DNA from: Clostridia bacterium
GTDB lineage: Bacteria > Bacillota > Clostridia > Ch29
DNA: 54,768 nt
Direction of reading: 5' to 3'
NCBI GenBank assembly: GCA_035655175.1
Contig: DASRVG010000123.1
Span: 1-54,768, forward strand
A program made the translations under genes and the position numbers. A model generated the notes under the pieces. It saw only the letters and a list, made by a program, of their open reading frames with translations. It did not search any database and had not been told where the DNA came from. Numbering within the stretch: position 1 is the stretch's first letter; every line of letters starts with the position of its first letter. Shown here one piece after another: positions 38,375 to 46,413 of the stretch.

Positions 38375-38640
38375 TTAAGTCGTGACAAACACTTTGAATG
38401 TGGAAATAATTATTTCTTTGACATCTGATAAGGCAGAATAAACCTGCTTTGTGTCTTCATCTTTTGCAAAACTCCAACGATTACCATATTGTTTTAAAAA
38501 ATAATCAATTGAGTTGTTTCCTAATAATGATGTTTTTGCTGCTTATTATTGAAATCCCAAATAAGCATTCAACACTTTCTATTACTTCCCTGCTATGTGA
38601 ACATAATTTTACGCGAGGACCGCCACCTGAGGCATAATAT
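38375..38640 (-). pseudogene. Degenerate gene remnant: ORF fragments in two frames, family not identified
   Basis: Minus-strand fragments ...YYASGGGPRVKLCSHSREVIESVECLFGISIISSKNIIIRKQLN* and, in another frame, KQYGNRWSFAKDEDTKQVYSALSDVKEIIISTFKVFVTT* abut each other with no start or RBS. Confidence 0.25.
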
Positions 38641-38770
38641 TTCCAGCAACATGCGAGGGTCGTCCTCCAGCATAACACAGAAGAACCGTCCTCCTGTATC
38701 AGAAAAGGGCAGCCCCACTTAATAGGAACTGCCCTTTGCTGCGTACAAACCAGAAGGACCGTCCCCCTGG
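38612..38770 (+). repeat. Cluster of four degenerate copies of a roughly 17-nt motif GARGRACCGTCCYCCTG
   Basis: Copies at 38615-38630 (GAGGACCGCCACCTGA), 38655-38670 (GAGGGTCGTCCTCCAG), 38680-38696 (GAAGAACCGTCCTCCTG) and 38753-38769 (GAAGGACCGTCCCCCTG). A fifth copy lies in opposite orientation at 53658-53678. Confidence 0.6.
38698..38737 (-). terminator. Probable terminator of the cotSA-like operon
   Basis: 9-bp stem AAAGGGCAG / CTGCCCTTT (38704-38712 / 38729-38737). On the minus strand the T-run is short (CCCTTTTCT). Confidence 0.5.
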
Positions 38771-38791
38771 TCACCACTGGTCACTTGGTCG

Positions 38792-39928
38792 CTATATGCT
38801 GTCGAAAAGCTCCAGCAGTTGATTCGCCACCCGCTCCCAGTTATACTCCGCCTCGACGATTTTCCTGCCCGTCATGCCAAGTTTTTTTGCTATATGCCTG
38901 TTATTAAGCAGGTACCTAATCCTTTCCGCTATTGCCTCCGGCCGGTTGAAGTCCTTTACCACAAATCCGTTTTCCCCCTGCCGGATTACCTCTGCGTTGC
39001 CTCCACGGTCGGTTGTTATAATGGGCAGCCCCGCCGCCATCGCCTCGTAATGCACCCTTGCCAGAGGCTCCCTCCACTGCGAAGTGCAAACAAAAATGTC
39101 ACCGATACTGTAGTGCTTGGGTATCTCGGCAGGGGGCAGAAAACCGGTAAACACCACCGGCCCCTTGAGGCCCTCCGTCATGGACTGAAGCTGCTGGGTA
39201 TAGGCATCGGTGGTATTGGCGCCATACCACTTGCTGCCTATTACCATGAGCGCTGTTTTGGGATGGGTTTCCATTACGCTCTTCATCGCCTCGATGAGTA
39301 CATGGGGCCCCTTTTTCTCGCTGAGCCTGCCCACGAACAAAACCACTTTGTATTTGTCCAGGCCGTATTTTCTGCGCAGCGCTTTTCTCTCCCGAAGGTG
39401 AATCCTTGAGCATATGGGTTTGTATAACGTAGGATTCACGCCGGAGTACACAACATTCAGCTTCTCTTCGGCAATGGGATAAAGGTCCTTTACCCCGTCG
39501 GCTATAAACTTGCTTACTGTCGTGATAAACTTCACCGTGGCAATGCATTTCAAAGCCCTTTCCCTGTCTATTTTATTTGGGAGGAACATTTCATTATGCA
39601 GGCTGAGGCTGAAGGCACTGCCGGGCGCCTGCTGGCTCAATGGCAGCACCCACAAAGGCCGGTTGAATACGTGCACCAGGTGATATTCATCCGAAATATT
39701 GTCCCTAAGGTTTTTCAAGTACTCGCTCTTGGTCCTCCCCGACAATCTTTTGTACCTGACGTTGCCGACAACTTCCTCGTCTGGGAGGCTGTCGTTTCTA
39801 AGGCTTAGAACGGTAATATCATGGTGTTTTGAAAGATAGGGCAGCACGCCTTCGATGTATATCTGGATGGCTCCCCCGGAAACCGGCGGGACGGGAAGTT
39901 TCTCGGTGCATACGAATGCTATTCTCAT
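38792..39928 (-). CDS. GT4-family glycosyltransferase, CotSA-like
   Basis: 378 aa. MRIAFVCTEKLPVPPVSGGAIQ and the C-terminal EPLARVHYEAMAAGLPIITTDRGGNAEV (E-x7-E region). It overlaps the upstream CotS-family gene by 4 nt. Confidence 0.8.
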   Translation of the reverse strand: MRIAFVCTEKLPVPPVSGGAIQIYIEGVLPYLSKHHDITVLSLRNDSLPDEEVVGNVRYKRLSGRTKSEYLKNLRDNISDEYHLVHVFNRPLWVLPLSQQAPGSAFSLSLHNEMFLPNKIDRERALKCIATVKFITTVSKFIADGVKDLYPIAEEKLNVVYSGVNPTLYKPICSRIHLRERKALRRKYGLDKYKVVLFVGRLSEKKGPHVLIEAMKSVMETHPKTALMVIGSKWYGANTTDAYTQQLQSMTEGLKGPVVFTGFLPPAEIPKHYSIGDIFVCTSQWREPLARVHYEAMAAGLPIITTDRGGNAEVIRQGENGFVVKDFNRPEAIAERIRYLLNNRHIAKKLGMTGRKIVEAEYNWERVANQLLELFDSI

Positions 39929-40965
39929 GGTCCCTCACCCGCCAATAAGTCTCGGATAACCGGGACCTTGGATTTTTCAAAGGCTGCCGCCCGTTCGATC
40001 TTAGCAGCCGGCACCGGCTTGTTCTTTTTATACAGGTTTTTAACTTCGGCGAAGAACCAGTGGGGGAAGAGCAGGTCAATTACGAGTATTTCCTTTTCTT
40101 TAGCCGAAAGCTTCCTACCGTTTTCATACCATCCCACTATACGGTCTATCCTGTCTTTATTCCATCCATCACCGTCTTCCGACTGCTTACCTATTATTTT
40201 GCGCAGGTCCCTGGCAGCCAGGTCATAGGTCACTCCGTCAAGGTCCAGCACGTATACATCCCTTCCCTTAAGAAGCGCATTGCCCTTTCCGTAGTCCTGG
40301 TGGCACAGGGGGAAGTGTTCCTGTTCCATGGAGGTTAATTTATTGTAGGGCGACTTTTCCAAGGCTGCGATAGCCATATCCGCAATTTCCAATACCGAAT
40401 CGACGTGCTTTAGATAGCGCCCGTGTACCGATTCCTGTTTTTTCTGCAGGGATGCTTCCTTCCACCGGGCCAGGTTATTCCTCATGGACCGGTACTGGTC
40501 CGGCCATTTGCCCAGCTTGGAGGAAACCCTTGCCCCCTCCGGGGGCCTGTATCCTATCGAGGCCTGGTGCATCCTTGCCAGGCCTTCCACCGCCATAGCC
40601 AGGTCGGTTTGATTGTTAAAGTTTAAGTCCTTTCCGTCTATCCATCCGTACAATACAAATACCTGGTCCCCATAAAGGGTGACTGCGCTGCCATTTTTAT
40701 TGGATATCACCGGCGGCACACTGCCCCCGTTGCCGTGTATATACAGCTGGGCATTAACCGAAAACAGCGCCCTTTCCGGCGGATGCCTCAGCCTTTTAAG
40801 GCAAAAAACTTCCCCGCCGTAGGAGAACTTCCACAACGTCTTCAACCCTTTGTTCTGGATTATCTGAACCTGTTGGGGGGTTATGCCATATTCTGCCAGT
40901 ACTTTTATTGCCAATTCAGTCAAATGGGTATTGCTTTGCTGTTCCATCATAGGTTTTGCCTCCAT
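39925..40965 (-). CDS. CotS-family spore coat protein (APH/choline-kinase-like fold)
   Basis: 346 aa. Kinase-like catalytic loop LCHQDYGKGNALL followed by YVLDLDG. Confidence 0.8.
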   Translation of the reverse strand: MEAKPMMEQQSNTHLTELAIKVLAEYGITPQQVQIIQNKGLKTLWKFSYGGEVFCLKRLRHPPERALFSVNAQLYIHGNGGSVPPVISNKNGSAVTLYGDQVFVLYGWIDGKDLNFNNQTDLAMAVEGLARMHQASIGYRPPEGARVSSKLGKWPDQYRSMRNNLARWKEASLQKKQESVHGRYLKHVDSVLEIADMAIAALEKSPYNKLTSMEQEHFPLCHQDYGKGNALLKGRDVYVLDLDGVTYDLAARDLRKIIGKQSEDGDGWNKDRIDRIVGWYENGRKLSAKEKEILVIDLLFPHWFFAEVKNLYKKNKPVPAAKIERAAAFEKSKVPVIRDLLAGEGP

Positions 40966-40968
40966 TCC

Positions 40969-42006
40969 TTAAGTTTCCCGCGGGATTAGTCCTTCAAAGC
41001 CTTCCATTACATGCCCGATAGTCTTCTCCACCGCGATCATATCCTGCAGCCTGCTGTAATATTTGGCCGGGCTCCAGGTCTTTTCCCGTTTTTCATAGAA
41101 CTTGGTCATAATACCCTCAAACAGGTGCGGGTATAAGAGTTCCCATTTCAAAACCTGCCACCGCCTGTATTCAAGGGGGTTTTCCTGTTGGTACCACGCA
41201 AGCATGTCGGCTGTTAAACCTGCATCCCATCCACCCCGTTTTTTCATAACCTTCAGCAGCAATTTTCTAATATCCCTTATGGGCAGGTCCAAAGTAATGG
41301 AATCAATATCCAGCACGTACAGTTCCCCGGCACCGGTAAGGATGAGGTTGCCGGCGGCAAAGTCCTGGTGGCACAGGCAGCCGGTCTTTTGGACCTCTTC
41401 CACCCACTGCCGGTAATACGACCCCTCAAGCCCTTTTATCGCCTCCTGGGCTCTCTTAAGAAAATGCGGGAATTCCTCCAGGATTGTCTTTCCGAAATCC
41501 CCATGCTCATTTATGCTCTCTTCCATGGCATAATAGGATTTCATCTTCTCCACCCTGTCGCTATAGGCCTTTGGCCACGTCCCCAGGTGCACCCTGGGCT
41601 TGCTTCCCTTGGGCGGAACAAAGCCCGCCGAAGCCCTGTGGAATTCCGCCAGCCCCTGTACTATCCTTTTTAACTGCCCGGCATCGCTATAAACCGGATT
41701 GGTCCCTGCAACGGCTTCGCTTAAAACAAAGCAGCTGTTATTGCTTATGACATATTTGCGCCCATCGGAAGCAGGTATAATTTCAGGGATGCTTATTCCT
41801 TTACCCTGAAGGTATTCCACCGCAGCAATGATGAAATCCAAAGTCCTGTCCGAGTTGGAATGCTTTTTCAATATCCTGTAGCCCTCGGGTGTCTTAATCC
41901 ACCATACGCCCTTCTTTTGTTTGTATGATTCGGTTCGGATTCCCAAGATGTCGATTGGATATGCGGCCAGAACCCCCTTAAGGTCCTCCTGGTAGGTTTC
42001 CTTCAT
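40969..42006 (-). CDS. CotS-family spore coat protein (second paralogue, CotI/YtaA-like)
   Basis: 345 aa. LCHQDFAAGNLIL and YVLDIDS. Confidence 0.8.
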   Translation of the reverse strand: MKETYQEDLKGVLAAYPIDILGIRTESYKQKKGVWWIKTPEGYRILKKHSNSDRTLDFIIAAVEYLQGKGISIPEIIPASDGRKYVISNNSCFVLSEAVAGTNPVYSDAGQLKRIVQGLAEFHRASAGFVPPKGSKPRVHLGTWPKAYSDRVEKMKSYYAMEESINEHGDFGKTILEEFPHFLKRAQEAIKGLEGSYYRQWVEEVQKTGCLCHQDFAAGNLILTGAGELYVLDIDSITLDLPIRDIRKLLLKVMKKRGGWDAGLTADMLAWYQQENPLEYRRWQVLKWELLYPHLFEGIMTKFYEKREKTWSPAKYYSRLQDMIAVEKTIGHVMEGFEGLIPRET

Positions 42007-42100
42007 TTGCTCTCCTCCTTAGGCAGTAAAGTTATTATTTAACCTTTTAGAATGGTATAGCCATCTCAAGAATAACAGATAGGGGATATCCCCCTATCTG

Positions 42101-42355
42101 TTATTCTTCTTCCCCTTCTACTTCCTCTTCTTCGGCTTCTTCCGCTTCTGCGTTCACCCATGTAATTTTCAGCGACAGTGAACCTTCAAATTCATCGTTG
42201 TCGTACTTGATTTTGTACTCCAGTTCCCTGTCGTCGGGTATTACTACCTCTTCACCGTCCACCACCAGTTGATTTCTTAGGAGCTTTGCATAGGCTTCGC
42301 TTAAATGGCCCATGCACTCCTGTTTTGTACCCAGGTATTCCTCCTTGAATTTCAC
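42101..42355 (-). CDS. Amphi-Trp-domain-like small acidic protein
   Basis: 84 aa. LSLKITWVNAEAEEAEEEEVEGEEE tail. GTG start follows GGAAGGAGG. Confidence 0.5.
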   Translation of the reverse strand: MKFKEEYLGTKQECMGHLSEAYAKLLRNQLVVDGEEVVIPDDRELEYKIKYDNDEFEGSLSLKITWVNAEAEEAEEEEVEGEEE

Positions 42356-42438
42356 AAAAATCCTCCTTCCGGTTTGGCTTTTTTATCTGTCTTTTCAGTA
42401 CATATAGTACTCATATGCGATACAATGTGATATTTTGT

Positions 42439-43383
42439 TCATATATATTTTTTTATATATTCAATCTGCCTTTCCAGGCCTTTTTCAAGGGGAGTGGACG
42501 GTTCAAAACCCAGCATGCCGGATATTTTCCGTATATCCGCCCAGGTATCCCTTAGGTCCCCCTTTTGGACCGGCATAAACTCCAGGTCGGCCTTCTTTGC
42601 TGCAATCCTCTCCAGCATTCCAATTACATGCATAAGTTCCACCGGCCAGCCGCTGCCCACATTGAACACCTCGCCGGTCACCGGGGATTCTGCGGCCAGG
42701 ATGTTGGCTTTTACTATATCATCCACATAGGTGAAATCCCTTCTTTGCTTACCATCCCCATACACCGTAATGGGCTTGCCATCCAGTATGCAGTGTATAA
42801 ACCTGCTTATGGCCATGTCCGGCCGCTGCCGCGGCCCGTATACGGTAAAATACCTCAGCGACACCACCGGTATCCCGTAGTTCTTGTGATAAAGCCCGCA
42901 CAGGTGCTCTGCCGCAAGCTTTGTGACGCCGTAGGGCGAATAGGGCGCCGGCAGGCGGTCTTCGGAAATAGGCAGTACACCGGTACTACCGTAGACCGAT
43001 GAAGTGGAAGCAAAAACAAATTTCCTTACACCCTGGTTCTTTGCCGCTTCCAGCAGCCGCTGGGTGGCAAGGATATTGTTGACCATGTAGGTGTCAAACT
43101 GCTCTCCCCAGCTGCTCCTCACCCCGGGCTGGCCCGCCTGGTGAAAGATGTAGCCGCAACCCTTTACAAAGTCCTTCAAAGGAGCCTTGGTCAAATCATC
43201 CTCCACAAACCGGAAACCCTGGTGCTGCAGCAGCGGGTACAAATTCTTACTCTTAACCCCGTGGTGGTAATTGTTAAGCAAATTGTCTATACCGGTTACC
43301 CTCCAGCCCCTATCCAGCAGCGCTTCGCACAGGTGGGAGCCAATGAACCCTGCGCAGCCTGTAACCAGCGCACTTTGGGCCAT
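42439..43383 (-). CDS. NAD-dependent sugar-nucleotide epimerase (SDR-extended; UDP-glucuronate/UDP-glucose 4-epimerase-like)
   Basis: VTGCAGFIGSHL Rossmann motif, ASTSSVYG, YSPYGVTK (YxxxK). Confidence 0.85.
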   Translation of the reverse strand: MAQSALVTGCAGFIGSHLCEALLDRGWRVTGIDNLLNNYHHGVKSKNLYPLLQHQGFRFVEDDLTKAPLKDFVKGCGYIFHQAGQPGVRSSWGEQFDTYMVNNILATQRLLEAAKNQGVRKFVFASTSSVYGSTGVLPISEDRLPAPYSPYGVTKLAAEHLCGLYHKNYGIPVVSLRYFTVYGPRQRPDMAISRFIHCILDGKPITVYGDGKQRRDFTYVDDIVKANILAAESPVTGEVFNVGSGWPVELMHVIGMLERIAAKKADLEFMPVQKGDLRDTWADIRKISGMLGFEPSTPLEKGLERQIEYIKKYI

Positions 43384-43548
43384 ATTAATTCCTCCCTTGC
43401 ATTTTACGGTCCCCTAGAACATAGTATTTAGTAAGCAGGAAAAAGGTGAAGTTCACGAAAAAATGCCGGCCTTCTATCACATAAATAGACCGGTGGAATA
43501 GTATAGTATAGAAATATAATTTTATTTTTGGCAAAAGGGGTGAAAGCA

Positions 43549-44142
43549 ATGGAAGAGGATATCAGCCTGCGAGGGGAAAGCGGTAGGGTGAGGACCATAA
43601 TTACCAATGCGGTGTACGGTAGCGCAACACAAATATGCAACACCACCATATATATAAACCCTGTAGATAACAAGAGGCCTACGGAAGTGCTGGGCTGTAC
43701 GGTCAAGGGAGCACAGATAAAGGAATGCAGCTTTGATAAAATTATGGACAGAACGGTAAACGTAAGGGTGAACGGCACCTTCGAGGTACATGTCTGGTAC
43801 GAGGCCGGGGGTGATACCTATGTGGCCAAGAACAATGCAAAGTTTTCAGAGGTTGTACCGGTAAAATGCCTTGGCGGCGAAAGCTACCGGAACAAAAAGA
43901 TTTTATCCTGGATTTCTCAAAAGCCAACTTCCCTTGGGGCCTCGGTGGTTAACAAGTCCGGTACCCCTACCATATCCGTCCAGATTGAATATGGCCTGGG
44001 AGTAGAGGTCATGGGCGAAGCGATGCTAAATGTAATCTCATACCACCAAGAAACCGGGGGAAAAAGGCCGGAGGAAGATATAATCCTGAACACTCTGGAA
44101 GTATTCAACGTAGATGCCGAAACCGAAGACGACGATTATTAA
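43549..44142 (+). CDS. cotE: Outer spore coat morphogenetic protein CotE homologue
   Basis: 197 aa from ATG 43549 (GGGGTGA RBS). RTIITNAVYGS..KRPTEVLGC..EVHVWYEAGGDT..SQKPTSLG..ISVQIEYGLGVEVMGEAMLNV plus an acidic C-terminus (DAETEDDDY) aligns block by block with B. subtilis CotE as I recall it (REIITKAV..KPSSILGG..INVWYSY..QQPNCLE..VVQAEREFLAEVVGETKV..acidic tail). Confidence 0.75.
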   Translation: MEEDISLRGESGRVRTIITNAVYGSATQICNTTIYINPVDNKRPTEVLGCTVKGAQIKECSFDKIMDRTVNVRVNGTFEVHVWYEAGGDTYVAKNNAKFSEVVPVKCLGGESYRNKKILSWISQKPTSLGASVVNKSGTPTISVQIEYGLGVEVMGEAMLNVISYHQETGGKRPEEDIILNTLEVFNVDAETEDDDY

Positions 44143-44212
44143 CATAGGCTTCGATATAATGGGAGTATGACTTTTGCATGCTCTCATTTTTTGTGCCCGC
44201 CGTGCTCTATCG

Positions 44213-45529
44213 TCATTTTTCCCCTGCCCGGCCGCTGCTTCCCCTGCCTATGCAGTGGTATTCAAATCCCAGGCCTTTCATGGCGGCAGGGTCATATACG
44301 TTCCTCCCGTCAATAAACACAGGCCTTTTCATTAAACCTTTCAGCTTTTTAAGGTCCAAATCCTTGTACTGCTTCCATTCGGTAACCAGTACAAGGGCAT
44401 CGGCTCCTTTTGCCGTACTGTAGGCATCGTCGCAGTATTCCACTTCCGGCAGCATTTTCCCGGCGTTGGGCACCGCCGCCGGGTCGCAGGCCTTAACCCT
44501 TCCCCCCTGCCTTATAATCTCCCTAATAATATCCAGCGAAGGGGCCTCCCTGGTATCATCGGTATCCGGTTTAAAGGAAAGTCCTAAAATCCCTATGGTC
44601 TTTCCGTTTAGGCTACCTAAACCCATTTTAAGCTTTTCCACCGGCCGCAGCTTCTGGTCCCGGTTAACCTCAACGGCACTTTCAACGATTTTTAGTCTGT
44701 ACCCGTTTTTTTCCGCGAGTTTAATCAAGGCGTGGGTGTCCTTGGGAAAGCATGACCCTCCGTACCCCGCTCCCGCTTTCAAAAAATGCGGCGAAATCCT
44801 GCTGTCCAGCCCCATTCCAAGGGCTACCTTTGTCACATCCGCTCCCACTTTCTCACACAGGTTGGCAATCTCGTTAATAAAGCTAATCTTGGTTGCCAAA
44901 AAGGCATTTGAGGCGTATTTGATCATCTCGGCACTTTCCGGGTCGGTAATCAAAACTCTCCCTCCCATCGGCTTGTAAAGCCGGGCCAGTACCCTGGCCG
45001 CTTCGGGATTATCCGCGCCTATTACCACCCTTTCGGGGTGCATGGTATCGAAAACAGCCGTTCCCTCCCTTAAAAACTCCGGGTTGGACAGCACGTCAAA
45101 AGCCACATCTTTTTTCAGTCTCTCGGAAATTATGCCGGACACCGCCTTTTGTGTGCCCACCGGCACCGTGCTTTTGTTCACAATTATCCTGTAGCCGTCC
45201 ATGCACTCTGCAATACTCGCCGCCGCCTCGTAAACCGCGGCCATGTCAACATCCCCGTCCGGCAGCGGCGGTGTCCCCACCGTAATAAATATTATTTCCG
45301 AATTGGCCACGCCACGGCATAGGTCGGTGGTGAACCGGAGCCTTCCCGCCGACACGCCCTGCTCCATCAGTTTCCCCAGCCCCTTCTCGTGGATGGGCAC
45401 TATTCCTTTCTTAAGCATTTCCACCCTTTTTATATCCTTGTCGACACATACCACGTTATTGCCCAGGTATGCCAGGCACACCCCCGTTGTAAGGCCCACG
45501 TAGCCAGTGCCAATTATGCAAATATTCAT
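44213..45529 (-). CDS. ugd: UDP-glucose 6-dehydrogenase
   Basis: MNICIIGTGYVGL, the catalytic GGSCFPKD motif, and the C-terminal UDP-binding domain. ATG 45529 with GGAG 8 nt upstream. Confidence 0.92.
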   Translation of the reverse strand: MNICIIGTGYVGLTTGVCLAYLGNNVVCVDKDIKRVEMLKKGIVPIHEKGLGKLMEQGVSAGRLRFTTDLCRGVANSEIIFITVGTPPLPDGDVDMAAVYEAAASIAECMDGYRIIVNKSTVPVGTQKAVSGIISERLKKDVAFDVLSNPEFLREGTAVFDTMHPERVVIGADNPEAARVLARLYKPMGGRVLITDPESAEMIKYASNAFLATKISFINEIANLCEKVGADVTKVALGMGLDSRISPHFLKAGAGYGGSCFPKDTHALIKLAEKNGYRLKIVESAVEVNRDQKLRPVEKLKMGLGSLNGKTIGILGLSFKPDTDDTREAPSLDIIREIIRQGGRVKACDPAAVPNAGKMLPEVEYCDDAYSTAKGADALVLVTEWKQYKDLDLKKLKGLMKRPVFIDGRNVYDPAAMKGLGFEYHCIGRGSSGRAGEK

Positions 45530-45766
45530 GTCTCCCACTCCGTTACCAGTTTTTAAATTCTTTATTCCTTTGGCGGTTTTTCAGTAGCATAATATGCCGG
45601 AGGTACATAATTGCCTTCAGTTGACGGCCTTTTTTTGACCAAAACGCCCCATAACCGGCATAACCCGGTTCTTGGACGGTGGATTAAAACCTTCATTTCT
45701 GATATTATGAAAAGGAAAAAGGCCCCGCAAAAGCTGCGGGTTATACAAAATACGGGGGTGTATGAC

Positions 45767-46222
45767 ATGAATTATGCGGGTGAACTAGGTAAGGATGAAG
45801 CTATTGATAGATGTACAAAGCATTTTAACGAAGGCTATAACTGCTGTGAAACAATGCTGCTTTCATTTGGCGAGCTGCTGGGGGTGGAAAGCGAGGTCAT
45901 ACCCAAAATAGCTACGCCCTTCGGAGGAGGAATTTATAATAGAAAGCACATGTGCGGCGCCCTATCGGGGGCGGTGATGGCAATAGGTTTGAAATACGGC
46001 CGGAACACCCCGGGAGGCAAAAGGGAACCGTCTTCTGAAAGGGCGGCACGGCTGGTAGAAAAGTTCACTGAAAAATATGAAAGCGCAAACTGCATCGGGG
46101 TGCTGGGCTATGACCCCAACGACCTTGAAAAGATAAAACGGGATAAAGATAAAATAAGGGCTAACATATGCAGCCCCCTTATCAGGCAGGTGGCCGAATG
46201 GCTGTGGGATGAGATAAAATAA
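45767..46222 (+). CDS. C_GCAxxG_C_C-family protein
   Basis: 151 aa from ATG 45767. GYNCCETMLL and HMCGALSGAVMAIGL (the GCAxxG-type motif), then NCIGV and ICSPL. Confidence 0.8.
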   Translation: MNYAGELGKDEAIDRCTKHFNEGYNCCETMLLSFGELLGVESEVIPKIATPFGGGIYNRKHMCGALSGAVMAIGLKYGRNTPGGKREPSSERAARLVEKFTEKYESANCIGVLGYDPNDLEKIKRDKDKIRANICSPLIRQVAEWLWDEIK

Positions 46223-46231
46223 TACTTCCCA

Positions 46232-46257
46232 GGCACCGACATGGTGCCGTTTTTTTT
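46232..46257 (+). terminator. Rho-independent terminator
   Basis: GGCACC-gacat-GGTGCC followed by GTTTTTTTT. Confidence 0.8.
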
Positions 46258-46413
46258 GAACACACGGCAAAATTCATCGAAGTCTGATTGTACCCGGTCC
46301 TAAGAGCGTGATATAAGTTCCATATTGTGCCATGCACCCGTTATTGTATATAATAAACCTGACGCATATACGTGTCGGGAAGTTACAGCCTATCCCGGAG
46401 GTGCAAGTAAAAC

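Noticed and set aside
38449-38777. ORFs 38449-38637 (+, 62 aa) and 38505-38777 (-, 90 aa).
   Set aside because: The minus ORF runs through the terminator hairpin and the short-repeat cluster, and its repetitive peptide is an artefact of the repeats. The plus ORF is AT-rich with no RBS. The region is better described as decayed, non-coding sequence.
43428-43791. Minus-strand ORFs 43428-43778 (116 aa) and 43522-43791 (89 aa), overlapping the start of cotE.
   Set aside because: They overlap the well-supported CotE homologue on the opposite strand and have no RBS or recognisable motifs.
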